DNA of 64,000 bases. It comes from Paragordius varius. Taxonomy: Eukaryota; Animalia; Nematomorpha. Both the position numbers and the translations under genes were made by a program. The stretch is from assembly GCA_964247055.1 (NCBI GenBank), contig OZ176056.1:6200001-6264000 (forward strand). Reading direction: 5' to 3'. Below are positions 51,501-64,000 of the stretch, piece after piece (the stretch's first letter is position 1; each line of letters begins with the position of its first letter). The notes below the pieces were generated by a model, which did not search any database, was not told the origin of the DNA, and saw nothing but the letters and a program-made list of their open reading frames with translations.

Positions 51501-54500
51501 TGACAGGCAAGGTCGAGGATCCAGGAAACGTGGACGCTGCAAGATGCGCTGGATCGAAAACCTAACCAAAGAAACCAATCTCTCTTTACAACAGCTAACA
51601 TCACTCGCTTACAATCGAATAAACTGGAGAAAATACACCTTCGAAAAAGCAATAAATTGACAACGATTTTTGCTATGATAATAATAATAATATATAATAA
51701 AATAAATAATTTTGTGGTGACAAATATAAATTTTTGAGCAAACCATTAATATAACATGTAATTTGGGTAGACAAATTAATGTTTTACTTGTAATAGAAAT
51801 CTGTTACGCTCAACATATTCATAAATGTTGGATTGGGTTCACACTTTTTTACATATATATATAATAAATTCAATTTTCATCATTAATACCATTGTTGTTT
51901 CTTAAGTATCCTTGATAAAATTGAGATATTATACGTAGCCTATAGCTAGATAGATACCCATTTTTCTGATTTTTTTCTGATTTATAATAAAATATATAGG
52001 TATTTTGTTATATTTCATTTTTAGTCCGATTTATAACTTACTAATTAGAATTAAACATTATATCTAATTTTGAATAATATAAAATTAAATTCGTTTCTAA
52101 AAGATTTAAAAAATAATTCCAAATCACATCTAATGAACATTTTAATTTTCACAAATTTACCCTTAAAAAATTTATATCTAACAGGGACTGATTTTAGAGT
52201 TATGATTAAATATTATTAATTATTTATTAAAACGATCGTAGGTTGCTTTTTTAAAGTGCTTTATTTAAAATAAAAGGGTCAAATAAAAAACTAGGCAGTT
52301 TAAAATATAAAAATATTAAAAACTAATTAAGATATCTAATAAAATGATAAACTATGCTGAAAACAAATATCAAACCTTAATGAATTAATATAATTTAGAA
52401 AAATTAGAACTAAACCGACATGCTCAGATGTCATTTTTTAGGGTGATATTAAAATATTCAATGATTAAATATTCGTAAATACCAATTCATTTATTATTTC
52501 TCAATTCAAAAATTATGTTTTTTTGCCATCTAATTTAATTTAATTTAATAAAAAGAGATTGCATATAAGAATATCTAATTTATTCCCAAATTTAATTTAG
52601 CGAAAAAACTCCCATGAAAATTGGCGGGGCAGAGGAAACGAACGAAATTGACTTGGTGCCCCCTTTGATAAATGTTCCTGGGAAACCGCATAAACCTCAT
52701 CAACACGATTTTCTTGCAAATGACGCAGAAAATATGAGAGAAAAAACTTATAGAAAACGAGTAAAATAACTTTTTATCCTATGATTGTTAATTATATAAA
52801 ATTTAAATGTTTTATAAGTTTTTTTGAATCATAGAAAAAGTGGCTAATGATTGCTTTGAAAGGATTAGTTGGCATTTTTCAGAAACATCTTGTCTTGTTT
52901 TTTAACAATTTAATAATTTACGATCTTATTTTATGAAGATATATAATTAATAACCTAATTTATATGTATGCAAAAAACTCATTTTACCAATACTAATATA
53001 ACTGTTTATAAAAAAATTTGGATTTTTCTAAATTTTTCCAGTTTTATAACTAATGGTTATCTGATCCTTATAAGTATTTAAGACGAGTTTGATTTATCAA
53101 GTTTTCTTATGGATTTTCCATGTTATTCCTTTCTTAGTTTAAATTTAAATATATCAAGTTATCTTATCCACCAATATGGATTTTTGATGTGCTATAGAAA
53201 TGTTTGATTTAGCCATTTTGAATTTTTTATTTTATATTATCAATTTAAACTTAAAACTATTTATTAATCTTAATATGGAATTTTCAGAAATCCGCCATCG
53301 CCTTTGAATTGTCACCACTAGTTTTGGATCAAAGAGGGCCCTTAACCTCAAGTATGTTTAGTAATTTATTAATTGCGCTTAAGGATATATATATATATAA
53401 ACGATTACCGAAAAACGAAGGCGGTTAAAATATAGAAAAATTAGTGGTATTTTTTCCATTAACCAAATTTAAAATACCTTTTGTCGCACATTATATCGCT
53501 TAAAAATGTGGCCTTGTCTATTTTAAGATAGGGTATATCAGATAATTTTGCTAAATTCAAGTTCTACTTATTCGACTACATATATATTGCCTAAAAAATA
53601 GCCAACAAAAGAGTTCGAATCGTAGATTTAAGGGCTGGAGAAACGCCGCTAAATGCTCGCTCTAAAGGTAGGAGATCTTCTTTCATGGATAAAAATGTTC
53701 AATTGAGTAAGCAATACATGCGAACAATCATGGGAAATGTTAATGCCTTTTGCCATCCATTTCCGTTTGAAGTAAGTTTATTTTTAGTTTATATCTTGTA
53801 TTTTGTTAACACATTTATGAATAAAATTTAATTAGACCCGGGTATACAGTAATGCTCTTTCATAGAAATGCTATCTAGCAATATTTATAGGTGTAAATAT
53901 AGCAATGTTTTATCATTCTATTTAATTTGTTCCTACTGAATTTTTTTATTACTATATAATGTTTCATAATCCATTTTAAGCTAACAGTAGATCCAATAAA
54001 ATTGGTATGTAACGACAATCAATTGGCTCCTCTATATAATACGTATGTCGGTATGGATATTATTATTATTATTATATATAGATATTTTTAAACTTTACAT
54101 TTTTTATTGAAGGATATATAAATAAATATTATTATTTTATTAGGCAATAGAAATCCCATTCAACTCAATCGTATAATCCACGAATACTTATTTGAAGAAC
54201 CAAATTTGGGTTACTACAAAAAATATTGCACGAAAAATCTTAATAAAAAGATACCCGGGAATCGTCTTTTAAATGATATGTTTAGGTATTAAGGATATTT
54301 ATTTGAAACTCTTACACAAAATATGAGTTATAAAAATGATTAGTTTTTATAATTTAATAACTTTATTTAATTTTATTTTACAGAAAACATTGTCAATGTG
54401 TCTTAAAACATCTCCCTTACTTAAGTTCTACTAGCTCATCAGGTTCGTCTTCTAAAGATACTGGGACGAGTATATCGGTAAATTTATTTATAAAAAAAAT

Positions 54501-56325
54501 TAGTTTTGAAAATGTTTTAATAGTATGCTGCTGAAATACAGGTAATTAAAATAATCTTTATATTTAGATAGCCCTTGATATCATTCACAGTAAAGTGCTA
54601 TATTATATTGGTGTTTTAACTGATAGACGCTGTATTTTGTAGCTTTAAGGCCAATAAAATATATTTTTCCGGTAAATGCTTAATCTGATAATAATCAAAA
54701 ATGCTAGCAATGTATTTATACTAATACTGTGGATGATGTTTTAAAATGTTTTTATATTCCATACAGTAAAAATTAAAATTAAAACAAAATGTGAAACTAA
54801 AATACAATTAATTCACAATATAAAATTAAAATATATAATTAACAGATTAAGTTTGTTTGCAAAAACATCTCTTTTACCTATTTGCGATGAGTTTTATTTG
54901 AAATAAAGGTTTTAAAAATATTTGTCTTTTTGTTTTTACATTTTGATTGTTAGTTTTTTACATTTTTTGTCTGTATATAATTTTAATTTCTACTGTAATT
55001 AAGGGTTAAAACGTTTTTGGACTACATAAAACAAATTGAACATTCATTTATATCCTAGTCACGATACGAAGTGGAACCCGATGTAGAAAATGTTGAGGGG
55101 CGTCCAATTAAAACTGGCTCATTCCTAAAGGGTCCACCCTTAATTTCTATCGAAGAGGAGGAGGAGGGAGGGGAACAAAACTTTCAAAACGTTTCGGATG
55201 ATCTTTTAACCACCACGCAAGATTTAGTATTTAGATTTGGGGCTTCACATGACGTTTCGAGCAGTCTGCGAAAACCGGCATCTAAGAATGCCTCTATGCT
55301 GCACACTTTTGAAAGAATGGACACTAAAGAAGGTGTCATCTCTAGTTTTATATATTCATATTATAATTGTGCTTTTGATGGATCATTAAATAGGAGTTGA
55401 TCTGACAGCTATAGTTAGTTACCTGATAGAAAATAAGTATAAAGTCTAAAATATTATGCAAAAATCTATAAAACTAATTAAATTGTTTCTTTATCTATAT
55501 GATACTTTGCGGTATATTTTTTAAAAGATATATATAAAATTCTTTCGATTATATATATATATATATTTTTAACCAATAATATGGCCAACGAAATGAGCTA
55601 TATGTATTCATATCAAATCCTAAAATACCTCTCATATTTTAGGTAGCAGTCCATCGCATCATGCAAACCTGAGTTCACTTTCATACCAGCCAAAACAATT
55701 AACTTTGGGTGCCGCTGATGAGGCCAATTATCAACAGTGATAACTATATTATTTGATTCAAAAAAAATTGATTTCCGTAAAATGTGAATAATATAATGTA
55801 TATGGCTGTATAGATTGAGTGTTTTAGATGTCAGTGAAATGGATTCGTTTGATCAAAGTGAACAAAACATGCAAGTTTCACAATCTTGGAACAAAAAATC
55901 AGAGAGTAAAACGTCGGCGTTGAATACGAGAAAGTAAAATAGTTAAATAAGAGCTTAAACTCTTAAAACCATTTTATATTGATAAAACAATTTTTTTTCC
56001 ATAGATTATTGAAGGAAAAGTTCGAAGAAACGGCAAAAGGTTTAAAAACGCCGTCCTTGTCTTATATAACCTTTGAACAACTTGCACCACATGATGGAAA
56101 AACAACCAAAAAAATGGCTGTGAAAATGTTTCACGATTTATTAGGTATAAATTAATTATGTTAATTATGTAGATATTTATTTATTAAATTAATTTTTAAA
56201 TTAAATTATCTATTATATTAATATCACATTAAAATTTAGTGTTGGCTAAATATCGACACGTTCAACTGAAACAGCGAACAATGTATGGAAACATATATAT
56301 TTCACGGGGTGAAGTTGCATTGTAG
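45529..56325 (+). CDS. REC8: REC8-like meiotic cohesin kleisin (Rad21/Rec8 family), ~20 exons, ~800 aa
   Basis: N-terminus MFYSHDILQKRGGKFGIIWLAAT...PKFSLYLSAQLMFGIIKVYSKQ..YL; middle FMDKNVQLSKQYMR; C-terminal winged helix ITFEQLAP...TKKMAVKMFHDLLVL...VQLKQ..MYGNIYI. Phase-consistent exons: 45529-45584, 45648-45713, 45788-45936, 46004-46079, 46201-46480, 46772-46859, 47198-47391, 48161-48242, 48857-48938, 52601-52760, 53288-53351, 53626-53771, 53981-54042, 54151-54285, 54384-54477, 55059-55332, 55643-55736, 55835-55933, 56005-56144, 56240-56325. Some middle boundaries are tentative. Confidence 0.82.
48966..51688 (+). mobile_element. Decayed RTE LINE with an inverted 5' (endonuclease) segment, in a REC8 intron
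   Basis: The endonuclease reads on the minus strand from ~49700 to 48966 (RIGTWNSRG, ILGIAESH, VLGDFNA). The linker, RT and 3' end read on the plus strand from ~49705 (ENRF, GLRQGCVLSPTLFN, YADD, YASESWT) to a (TAA)n tail. The TSD AATATATAA (48957-48965 and 51689-51697) is tentative. Confidence 0.88.
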
Positions 56326-56726
56326 ATTTTACATATAATTACTATATTTTATAATTTGATAAAATTCTATAACATACAAAATATTTAGCTAATGATGTTA
56401 ACATTTCATATAATTTTTTACACAACAATTTATAATAAATTTAAATAACTATGTTTGAGCTTAAATACAATAAAAATAAAAATTTTAGACAAAAGATTAA
56501 AATTAAATGTGTACAACCAAATCTTTTCGGTTATGAAGAAACGAAAAGTATAAATGGGTAACATACTCAATTGTATGTTTCATTTAATCTATAAAAAAAT
56601 TAATGATCATAAATTATTATTTACTTTATAAAAAATATTAGTCATTTAATTTTTACGTTTTGTCTTTATAATTTTAACTTTTACTGTGTTATCACAAATA
56701 TTTTTATGCATTCAATCGAGTTGGAC

Positions 56727-59018
56727 TCAATAGGTATTATCAGGGTCCATAATATAATGAATGTTTTTATTAAGTCCATCCAAAGCTTTCATATCCGCCT
56801 CATCGAGTGAGAAATCAAATATTTGGATGTTCTCTTTAACTCTTTCGGGTTTTCGTGATTTCGGTATCACCATAACATCGTGTTGAATGGCCCAACGCAA
56901 CAGGACTTGTCCATTAGATTTTTTATGTTTTTGCGCGATTGAACTTATCGTAGGATCTCTCATAAGATCTTGACTATGTTCAGAGCCCAGAGATGAATAT
57001 GCCTGTAAAACTATGCCGTTTTCTTTACAATAAGCTAACAATTCAGCCTGATACAAGTAGGGATGAAATTCGACCTGATTTACTGCTGGTTTTACAGCTA
57101 CTTTATGTTTGCTATCGGGACGGAGCATTTCACTCAAGTGATGGACATTGTAGTTTGTAACACCAAGACTTTTGAGTTTTCCCGCTTTTTGTAGTTTTTC
57201 CATAACGGCCCAGCTCTTAAGACGTGCATCTCGAATCTCTGCATCATTATCTCGAAGGCCTTCACCTTCGGGCCAATGGATCATAAAAAGGTCCAGATAA
57301 TCAGTCTTTAAGCGTTTCAAAGATTCTTCAATCGCATGCTCAGCTTTGTCTGCTAGACTATAATTTGCTATATGACAAAAGTTAAATAAGAATGTTACTT
57401 ATTTTGTTGACAAAAGCTATATTTTTTAAAATATAATAATTTAATACCCAATTTCGATGTAATGAATATATCTTGACGTTTAAGATTATATTTGGGCAAA
57501 AGAGCTTCCAAAGTTTCTCCTATTTGACCTTCATTACCAAACATTTCTCCTGTATTTAATAATTAAAATATTTATGGAGATGTTATTAAATCTTTATTTT
57601 TCAAAATATTATATATATGTAGAGAGATAGAGGGAATAGCGTAGGCCCCATATGATCGGATTTAAAAATAATTATGAACTTTTTATATTTAAGAAAACCG
57701 AAATGCACCAAACAGTTATGGTATAAACATAAAATTATCCTGACATCAAGTTAACTTAAAAATTTTAAAAAATGCTTTTGGGATTTGCTATTAGCATCTT
57801 GTTAAAAAAGCTTCGGCCAATTATTGAATTATGCATAATCAAAGTCAAATATGGTTTATAGATTATGGAATTCGTTAAGACTATGGCCTATCAGGCAAAC
57901 TTGATCAAATATTTTAAACTATCCGTTATTTTATGTAATAATTATCCAAAGGCTAAAAATTTAATCGCGAATTAGGTGGTAAAACTATCTAATATTATAA
58001 TATGGCACACGATTAACAGTTTTTAAAAAAAATCAAAATACGTAAAAATATCATAATTAACAAAAAAAGATTAGCATTATTTCTGTAAAGTGTGAAGACC
58101 ATAGGTTTATTAACTTGATCGAAATAATTTTGTACTTATTGATAGGCATTGCTAAATTTGATTGCAATAGGCCCCCACCCGATAGTATATATATATATAT
58201 ATATATATATAATGCTTATTTTTAAATATTATTAAAATGGAACATTATTTCAAAGAGGGGGTCGACGGGTAACTGTAAACTTATCAATTCTTCGAAACGT
58301 ATTATTTATAAAGAATAATCTTTCTTACAGTAAGTTTTTAAAATTAATCCTTGCTAATAATTGGCCTATGCTGACCATCTTGCTTTATGATTTTTAAATA
58401 AAAGGGGAAAGATTTTAAGTTATAAACGTATATAAAGTGTGTATTTTGAACCAAAAAGGTATAAAATATCAGTTTTTTAATGTAACCATATAATGTTAAA
58501 TATTACAAGTAATAATATAAATACGGAATTTAATCAAAATTAATTGAAACAAATTTGACAAAAAGTGCATAAAATACTATTTTAAAATATTCTATAATGG
58601 GCAAGACTAGTCGTAAGAATTAAATGTAAAACCTTTTATTAGTCAAAAAGTCTGAAGTAGTCGGTACATTCTGTGTTTATGCGTTAATAAAATTGTATTT
58701 TAACTGTATCACAGTATTGTAGGTTTTTTAATTAATTAAATCACTCATTTTTATTAAAACGAATTAAATCAATCATTTTTTAAATATTTAAAAAGCATAT
58801 TATTTTTACAAATCACTAATTATAAAAAATATATTTATGCATACCAAAAGATCTGTAACCAGCTTCAAGTGCAGTTGATATTATTTTTTCCAGCATAGGT
58901 TTTTCCTTGATCAAATAAGTTCCCACTAAATATTTATTGATTAGTTTTTACATCCAATAATTGGCATCGAATGACCAGAATTCAGTTTAACGCATTTCCC
59001 TTGACAATTTGAACCCAT
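56727..59018 (-). CDS. Aldo-keto reductase family protein, 4 exons (59018-58952, 58925-58845, 57549-57448, 57367-56727), ~296 aa; probably catalytically impaired
   Basis: LNSGHSMPIIGLGTY, AGYRSF, GNE, DIFITSKL, DYLDLFMIHWP, LGVTNY, NQVEFHP, QVLLRWAIQ, IPKS and ENIQIFDFSL. The catalytic Tyr position is Phe. Confidence 0.88.
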
Positions 59019-59295
59019 CGTAATGACTAGTCAATTTTGGGCAAAGGACAAAATTTAAACTTTATAAAATGTGCTCACATATGTTCCATTGGTCTCGCAA
59101 TAACATGTGTATACATTTCGGTTAATTTTAACACTTCATTACATTTTTAATTTTTGTTCTAGTTTACGTATTGAGGTAATTTTATATCCCAGAGCCCAAT
59201 TCTTTAACCTACAGTTTTGGAAGTTGTTTAGTTAATTAATTATAAAACAATATTCTTATGTATTAGATAAAAAACTCTATTCATTGTGTTGTGAT

Positions 59296-59973
59296 TAGGG
59301 TTGTGCATTTGACTGCTTTTTGAAAAAAGTCCGGTCAGACCCAGTCAGACCATGGTCATGACCACTTTTTACTTAAGTAAGTATCATGCAATATTAGATT
59401 GTTAAAATAAGTTGGAATTACACTTGCGTTTCACTAGTAATATCATGTCTTTTCTTTTAAGTTTCTATTGTGCATTTTTTATATTTATTATTTACATATA
59501 TTTTCAATATTTGATCAAGAAATCGTTTCCAAATAAATTTTACCACATGTTTGTACCTTCTGAATCTTCAAATACATAGCCTTTTAAAACTGGATATTTT
59601 ACTTAGTTTGTTTTACACTTTCTTTAATTATTGAAATGTCCAATTATGTTTTTCATTTTTGGTTCACATATATGGAAAAGCATATTTTGCAAAGTGCTAT
59701 ATTGTTTTGTTTTTCGAAATAACTGGATATACTTAAATACTTATGTTATAAAGAGGCATGTTAAACTATTTTTAATATTGTTAAATAATATTTAAATATT
59801 TAATTTTTATTTTGAAAAAATTAAAAAACAATAAAATCTTACGATCTCTTCCAAAAAAAATTTACTAGCATTTTTTCAACAAACAGCTGTTTTTTCAATG
59901 ACCATGATCAAAAAATAAATAGTCACTGACCTGGTCGTGACCCGGTCATCATGACTTGGTAAGCCCAACCCTA
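59296..59973. mobile_element. Non-autonomous hAT MITE, 678 bp
   Basis: TIR TAGGGTTG / CAACCCTA with subterminal GGTCA/TGACC repeats. The 8-bp TSD is degenerate (GTTGTGAT vs GTGGTGAG). Confidence 0.75.
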
Positions 59974-60084
59974 GTGGTGAGTTCTATAGTTTAAAATTTA
60001 GACAGCTTGAAAACATGAATAGAACAAACAGCTGATAAAATAATTATCAAATTTTTCTGTTAAGTATTGTAAAAAGCTTTTTAA

Positions 60085-60341
60085 CACTCAGATTCATTTT
60101 CTTTCGATTTATGGGGTTAAAGGATACTATATTTTAACTTATTACGATATTTTGACAAAAATGTTGAAAATAATGGCGTCGAAGTTGTTTGATACGGAAC
60201 TTTTTTTAAAACTAAATTATATTTAGATAGTTTGGCTTATTTAATTTCTATCATGATAGAACCCTGAATTTAAATTGGAATTGTTTCTTTTATTTTTAAA
60301 ATGAACTTTAATATTGGTTGGGGTTTTGAGATACCCCAGTG
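60085..60341. mobile_element. piggyBac-like MITE (copy 3, short)
   Basis: TTAA|CACTCAGATTC ... CCCCAGTG|TTAA. The interior matches the 3' half of copies 1 and 2. Confidence 0.65.
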
Positions 60342-62655
60342 TTAAAGTTAATTATTTACAATTTATATCAATATACTTGCGTGTTGCATTAGCGATTTTA
60401 AAAAATTTATATAAAAATGGCGGCAAAAAACGTAGAGGTGAGGATTTTTTAATTTTACATTTTTGTAAAAAAATTGTATAATGCGCCTAAGGCCAATGAA
60501 AGCATATTTTAAAATTCGGCTTATTACCTTATTCAAATTTTAAATCGCTTTGGGATATAAAACTATCCTAATAAATTGTTAAATTTACACCTTAAAGGTA
60601 TTGCAGTGAAAAAGATAAATAGAGTTCATCCTAAGTTCTTAAAATATATAATCATAATTTAATATTTTTGTAATATCTATTTTGGTAGAAAAAACAAATT
60701 GATACTCATGATGCTTTTGTTTTGGGCCTTATGAGTCACTTAATAAAAATGTCACTTTTGCGCTAATTGTTACATATCAAATCTGCTCTTATGTTAATAA
60801 AATGTTTTATTAAAGCTAAATCCATAAAAAATACCTAAAATTATACTATGTTTTAAAGGTAAAACAATATTTTATAAATAATTACTTTTTAAATGTGAGG
60901 TCCCAAAGTTTAATTCTGCTCCGATATAAAATGGGTTAGTTTATTTAAATTAAATAAAGGGCGGATATTGCGTGATAATATGAATTAATAAATGTCATAT
61001 TCTGCCATCCAAAATATTTTTGAAAAAATACATTTTTTGCTCAATTTTATCAAATCAAGTTCATCTAGTATGAAAGATGATGCAAAGGGTAAAAGAACCC
61101 TTTAAGATTGTTTAAAAACATTAATAATTAGGGACGTTTTCTATTACGAATTTTAGTTTAGGGGTTAGTTTGCTTCGAAATTTGGGTAATTTTTTTTAAA
61201 AAACCAATTTATACATAAACTTGATAATGAACAAATTTTCCCTGGGTGAATGTTTACCATCAATGAATAAAAAAGAGAGAGTGTTTTTAAAGCGATGTAT
61301 TTTTTAGGCATATTTTTTTAGGTCACAACCTAGCATATATATATCGCGCATAATATTTGCGTTTATTTTAAAACCACCCCATTTTAGAAGTGAAAAAAGA
61401 TTTGTATGAATTACTTTAAATAATATTGTTTTCTTTTAATTAGTTTATGATATTTTTAAGCAATATTTTTTGGAATTAAGCATTTAAAAAATGTTATTTA
61501 ACGAAAATTGCAATTTCCCTATTTTCTGATATTGAGATTATTATAAAAATGTAAATAACTTTAATCATTCGTAATACGGTAAAACCAAAAGCATCATGAT
61601 AATCCTGATGCATTATCCTATCAGATATATAAATTTCCACAGTTTTTTGCAGCCACTGTATATCATGCATTCTCGGATTATTTGTTGATTTTAAAAAAAC
61701 TAACCATTTTAGAGGAGGCCAAATTTTTTGGAGCTCGTATTTAAATTATCTGATTTATTTTGATAATATTTATATGAATAACGCATAGCTTTTATTTATA
61801 AAATTTAATGAGTGCCCATTTGTGATTTTACCGTATCAAGAAATCACCACATTAGTGCAAATATATTTACCGTATCCCTCGTAAGCCGCTAAACCCAATG
61901 CGCCATGAAATCCTGATACTTGTATCTATCAGAATTATATTTTCCCAAAATATTTTTTGCCTCCCCGATTTTGTGCGGTGTGTAATATAACACTCAGTGA
62001 AAAATAATTTTTTTCTGAGATAGCCTATGACCAGCGTATTTTGCCGTAAAAACTTAAATTTGTTAACCACCTAGTTTATGAAAAAAAAGAGGAAATTAAA
62101 ACGGGCAAAAAGTGAAAATTAAGGATAATACAAAAAATGACAAAAGTTGAGATATATCATTATAGAGACATTTTCAACATATAAATAATTAAAAAACGAT
62201 TATATTTTATTCAGTAAAAATACTTAAATATTAAAAAACTAAAATCGATTGTTTTTTATTTGTTCATTTTTTTCTGGTTTGGATACACGGTATAAAATTA
62301 ATGAATTATTTCGGAATTTTAAATGAGCGGAAATTTCAAATAAATTATATAAAATAAAATTTACTAGTAGTGGAAAATCAACCAAATATCCGTACATATC
62401 TCAGTAAAAATATTAATTTGTGTTAAAACATTTTTACAGAGATTCGTAAGGGTTTTGAGTTCATACTCCATTTTTAATCCTATTTTGCTTAAATTTATCG
62501 TCAATTACTACTCATGTAAGATGCCAAAAAAACAGTATACATTTTTTATACACTCATAAACCAGATGACAAAAAATGAAAAAAAAATAAATATTGTTTTT
62601 TAGTTTTACTTTGATATATAAGTTTTTTTACTGAATAAAATAAGAATGTTAAGAT

Positions 62656-63904
62656 TAGGGTTGTGCCCATTAGTCAATGACCTAGGGTCATGACCACGAA
62701 AAAAAATGACCTAGGTCAATTTTTTTTATTTTTTTAATTTTTTATTTTTTTATTTTCCATTTTTTAGAAAAACAAAACCTTATATTATTTATATACGTAT
62801 TATTTTATATTAATATCATACAATACACATCTTTTCTTTACTTCCTAAATCATAATAAAATCAGCCGTGTGGAAATTTTTCGATCAAAAAAAATCAAGTT
62901 ACATGCAAGAAATGCAATTACACTATATATATTTAAATAAAAACCGAATGAAGAAACATTTAAAAGAAGTTCAAATAAATTATATGACAGATGATGGTCG
63001 AAAGCAAGCTAATTTCTGTTTTCAAGATAAATTAGCCAGAAACATTTAGCAAAATTTATTTTTACATCCTCAACTCTTAACTTGAAAATTAACATTTTCG
63101 GAGTTTCATTCATAGTTAAAACCTAATTATGCTATTCCAAATAGAAAACAGATTTCCAATGAATTACTGGATTCATGTTATGAAGATATAAAAGAAGTTA
63201 TTGGATTATGTGAAAATAATATTTCATTAATCGTCGATCCCTTTAGCAATATTCGTAGGGAGCAAGTAATTAATATTATTGGCCAAAGATCCCAATCATT
63301 TTTTATGACACATCTTATCATAGTAAGACTGCCGAATATATCTATAACATAATGGAACCAATTATATAAGATATTGGAAATTAAAAAAATTAATGCCATT
63401 GTGACCGATAATGCAGCAAACATGAAGGCTGCTGAAAATTTGGTTAATAAAGAATATTCCAATATAATATGTGCCAATGTCATATAATATAATTCGATGA
63501 AAGAATATATTCAACTTAATAATACTGAGATTTAAAATGTAGTGAGCAAGATTATATATTAAATCGTATAAAATTTCCTTAGTATAAAAAAAACTTTGAA
63601 CCATCCTAAGTTAACGTTAACTTCATAAACACTCGTTTTTACACAATCTAAATAATTAGAGCATAAATAGGTTTCAATAAATCCATATTTTCTCGTAAGT
63701 CTTAGCTTTCTATGATTTGAAACTTTCTATAAGTCTTTATGATGATTCCAGTAAAGATCGTTAATTGTAGAAATTTAGATTATCAGGATCGGTGAAAGCA
63801 TAAAACTAAAAAAATATATACTTTATATAAAAACCTTTTTATATTATTTAATCAACTAGGTTTGACCCCCTTTTTCAAAAAAGGGGGTCAAAATCACAAC
63901 CCTA
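62656..63904 (+). mobile_element. Internally deleted hAT transposon, 1249 bp
   Basis: TIR TAGGGTTGTG / CACAACCCTA with a perfect 8-bp TSD GTTAAGAT. Transposase remnants include a BED-like RMKKHL, LIVDPFSNIRREQVINII and AIVTDNAANMKAA. Confidence 0.9.
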
Positions 63905-64000
63905 GTTAAGATTATAAAAGTGAGTTTAACTAGTAATTAATTAAAAAAAATATTTTAATAAAGTTTCATATTTTTTTCTTTTTTAAGTGCGTTATAAAAA

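Noticed and set aside
57385-57417. Possible 18-nt micro-exon in AKR intron 3
   Set aside because: It is not needed: direct splicing from 57448 to 57367 gives an in-frame TSKLANYSLADKAEHAIEESL of normal length.
60417-60437. Orphan first exon ATG GCG GCA AAA AAC GTA GAG|GTGAGG (also a YY1-like AAAATGGCGGC motif; a similar motif lies near 37580)
   Set aside because: No recognisable downstream exons could be assembled before the window end. It may be a real 5' exon but is unsupported.
61867-62070. 67-aa minus-strand ORF faintly like a Tc1 W...D motif
   Set aside because: There is no DDE signature or TIR/TA TSD, so the similarity is too weak.

Overview
Very AT-rich eukaryotic (animal-type) genomic DNA with spliceosomal introns; no prokaryotic features, rRNA, tRNA or CRISPR seen. 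Ten protein genes were assembled by hand from GT-AG exons with consistent phases: divergent profilin (+), glucose-6-phosphatase (-), succinate-semialdehyde dehydrogenase (+), two tandem secreted Gly/Tyr-rich peptide precursors (-), ZGPAT-like (+), an 85-aa triple C2H2 mini-protein (-), a stand-alone HDAC6-type ZnF-UBP protein (+), a ~20-exon REC8-like kleisin (+) and an aldo-keto reductase with a broken catalytic tetrad (-). Between and inside them lie many mobile elements with visible TIRs/TSDs: PIF/Harbinger, two hAT elements, four RTE-type LINE copies (one full length, one 5'-inverted), piggyBac-like and hAT MITEs, and foldback hairpins. The most unusual observations are the Gly/Tyr peptide pair, a hAT element carrying a deleted antisense copy of its own transposase, the stand-alone ZnF-UBP/mini-C2H2 head-to-head pair, the probable AKR pseudoenzyme, 21-31 nt micro-introns, and two divergent gene pairs whose ATGs are only 55-68 bp apart. 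All homology calls come from motif recognition, not database searches.
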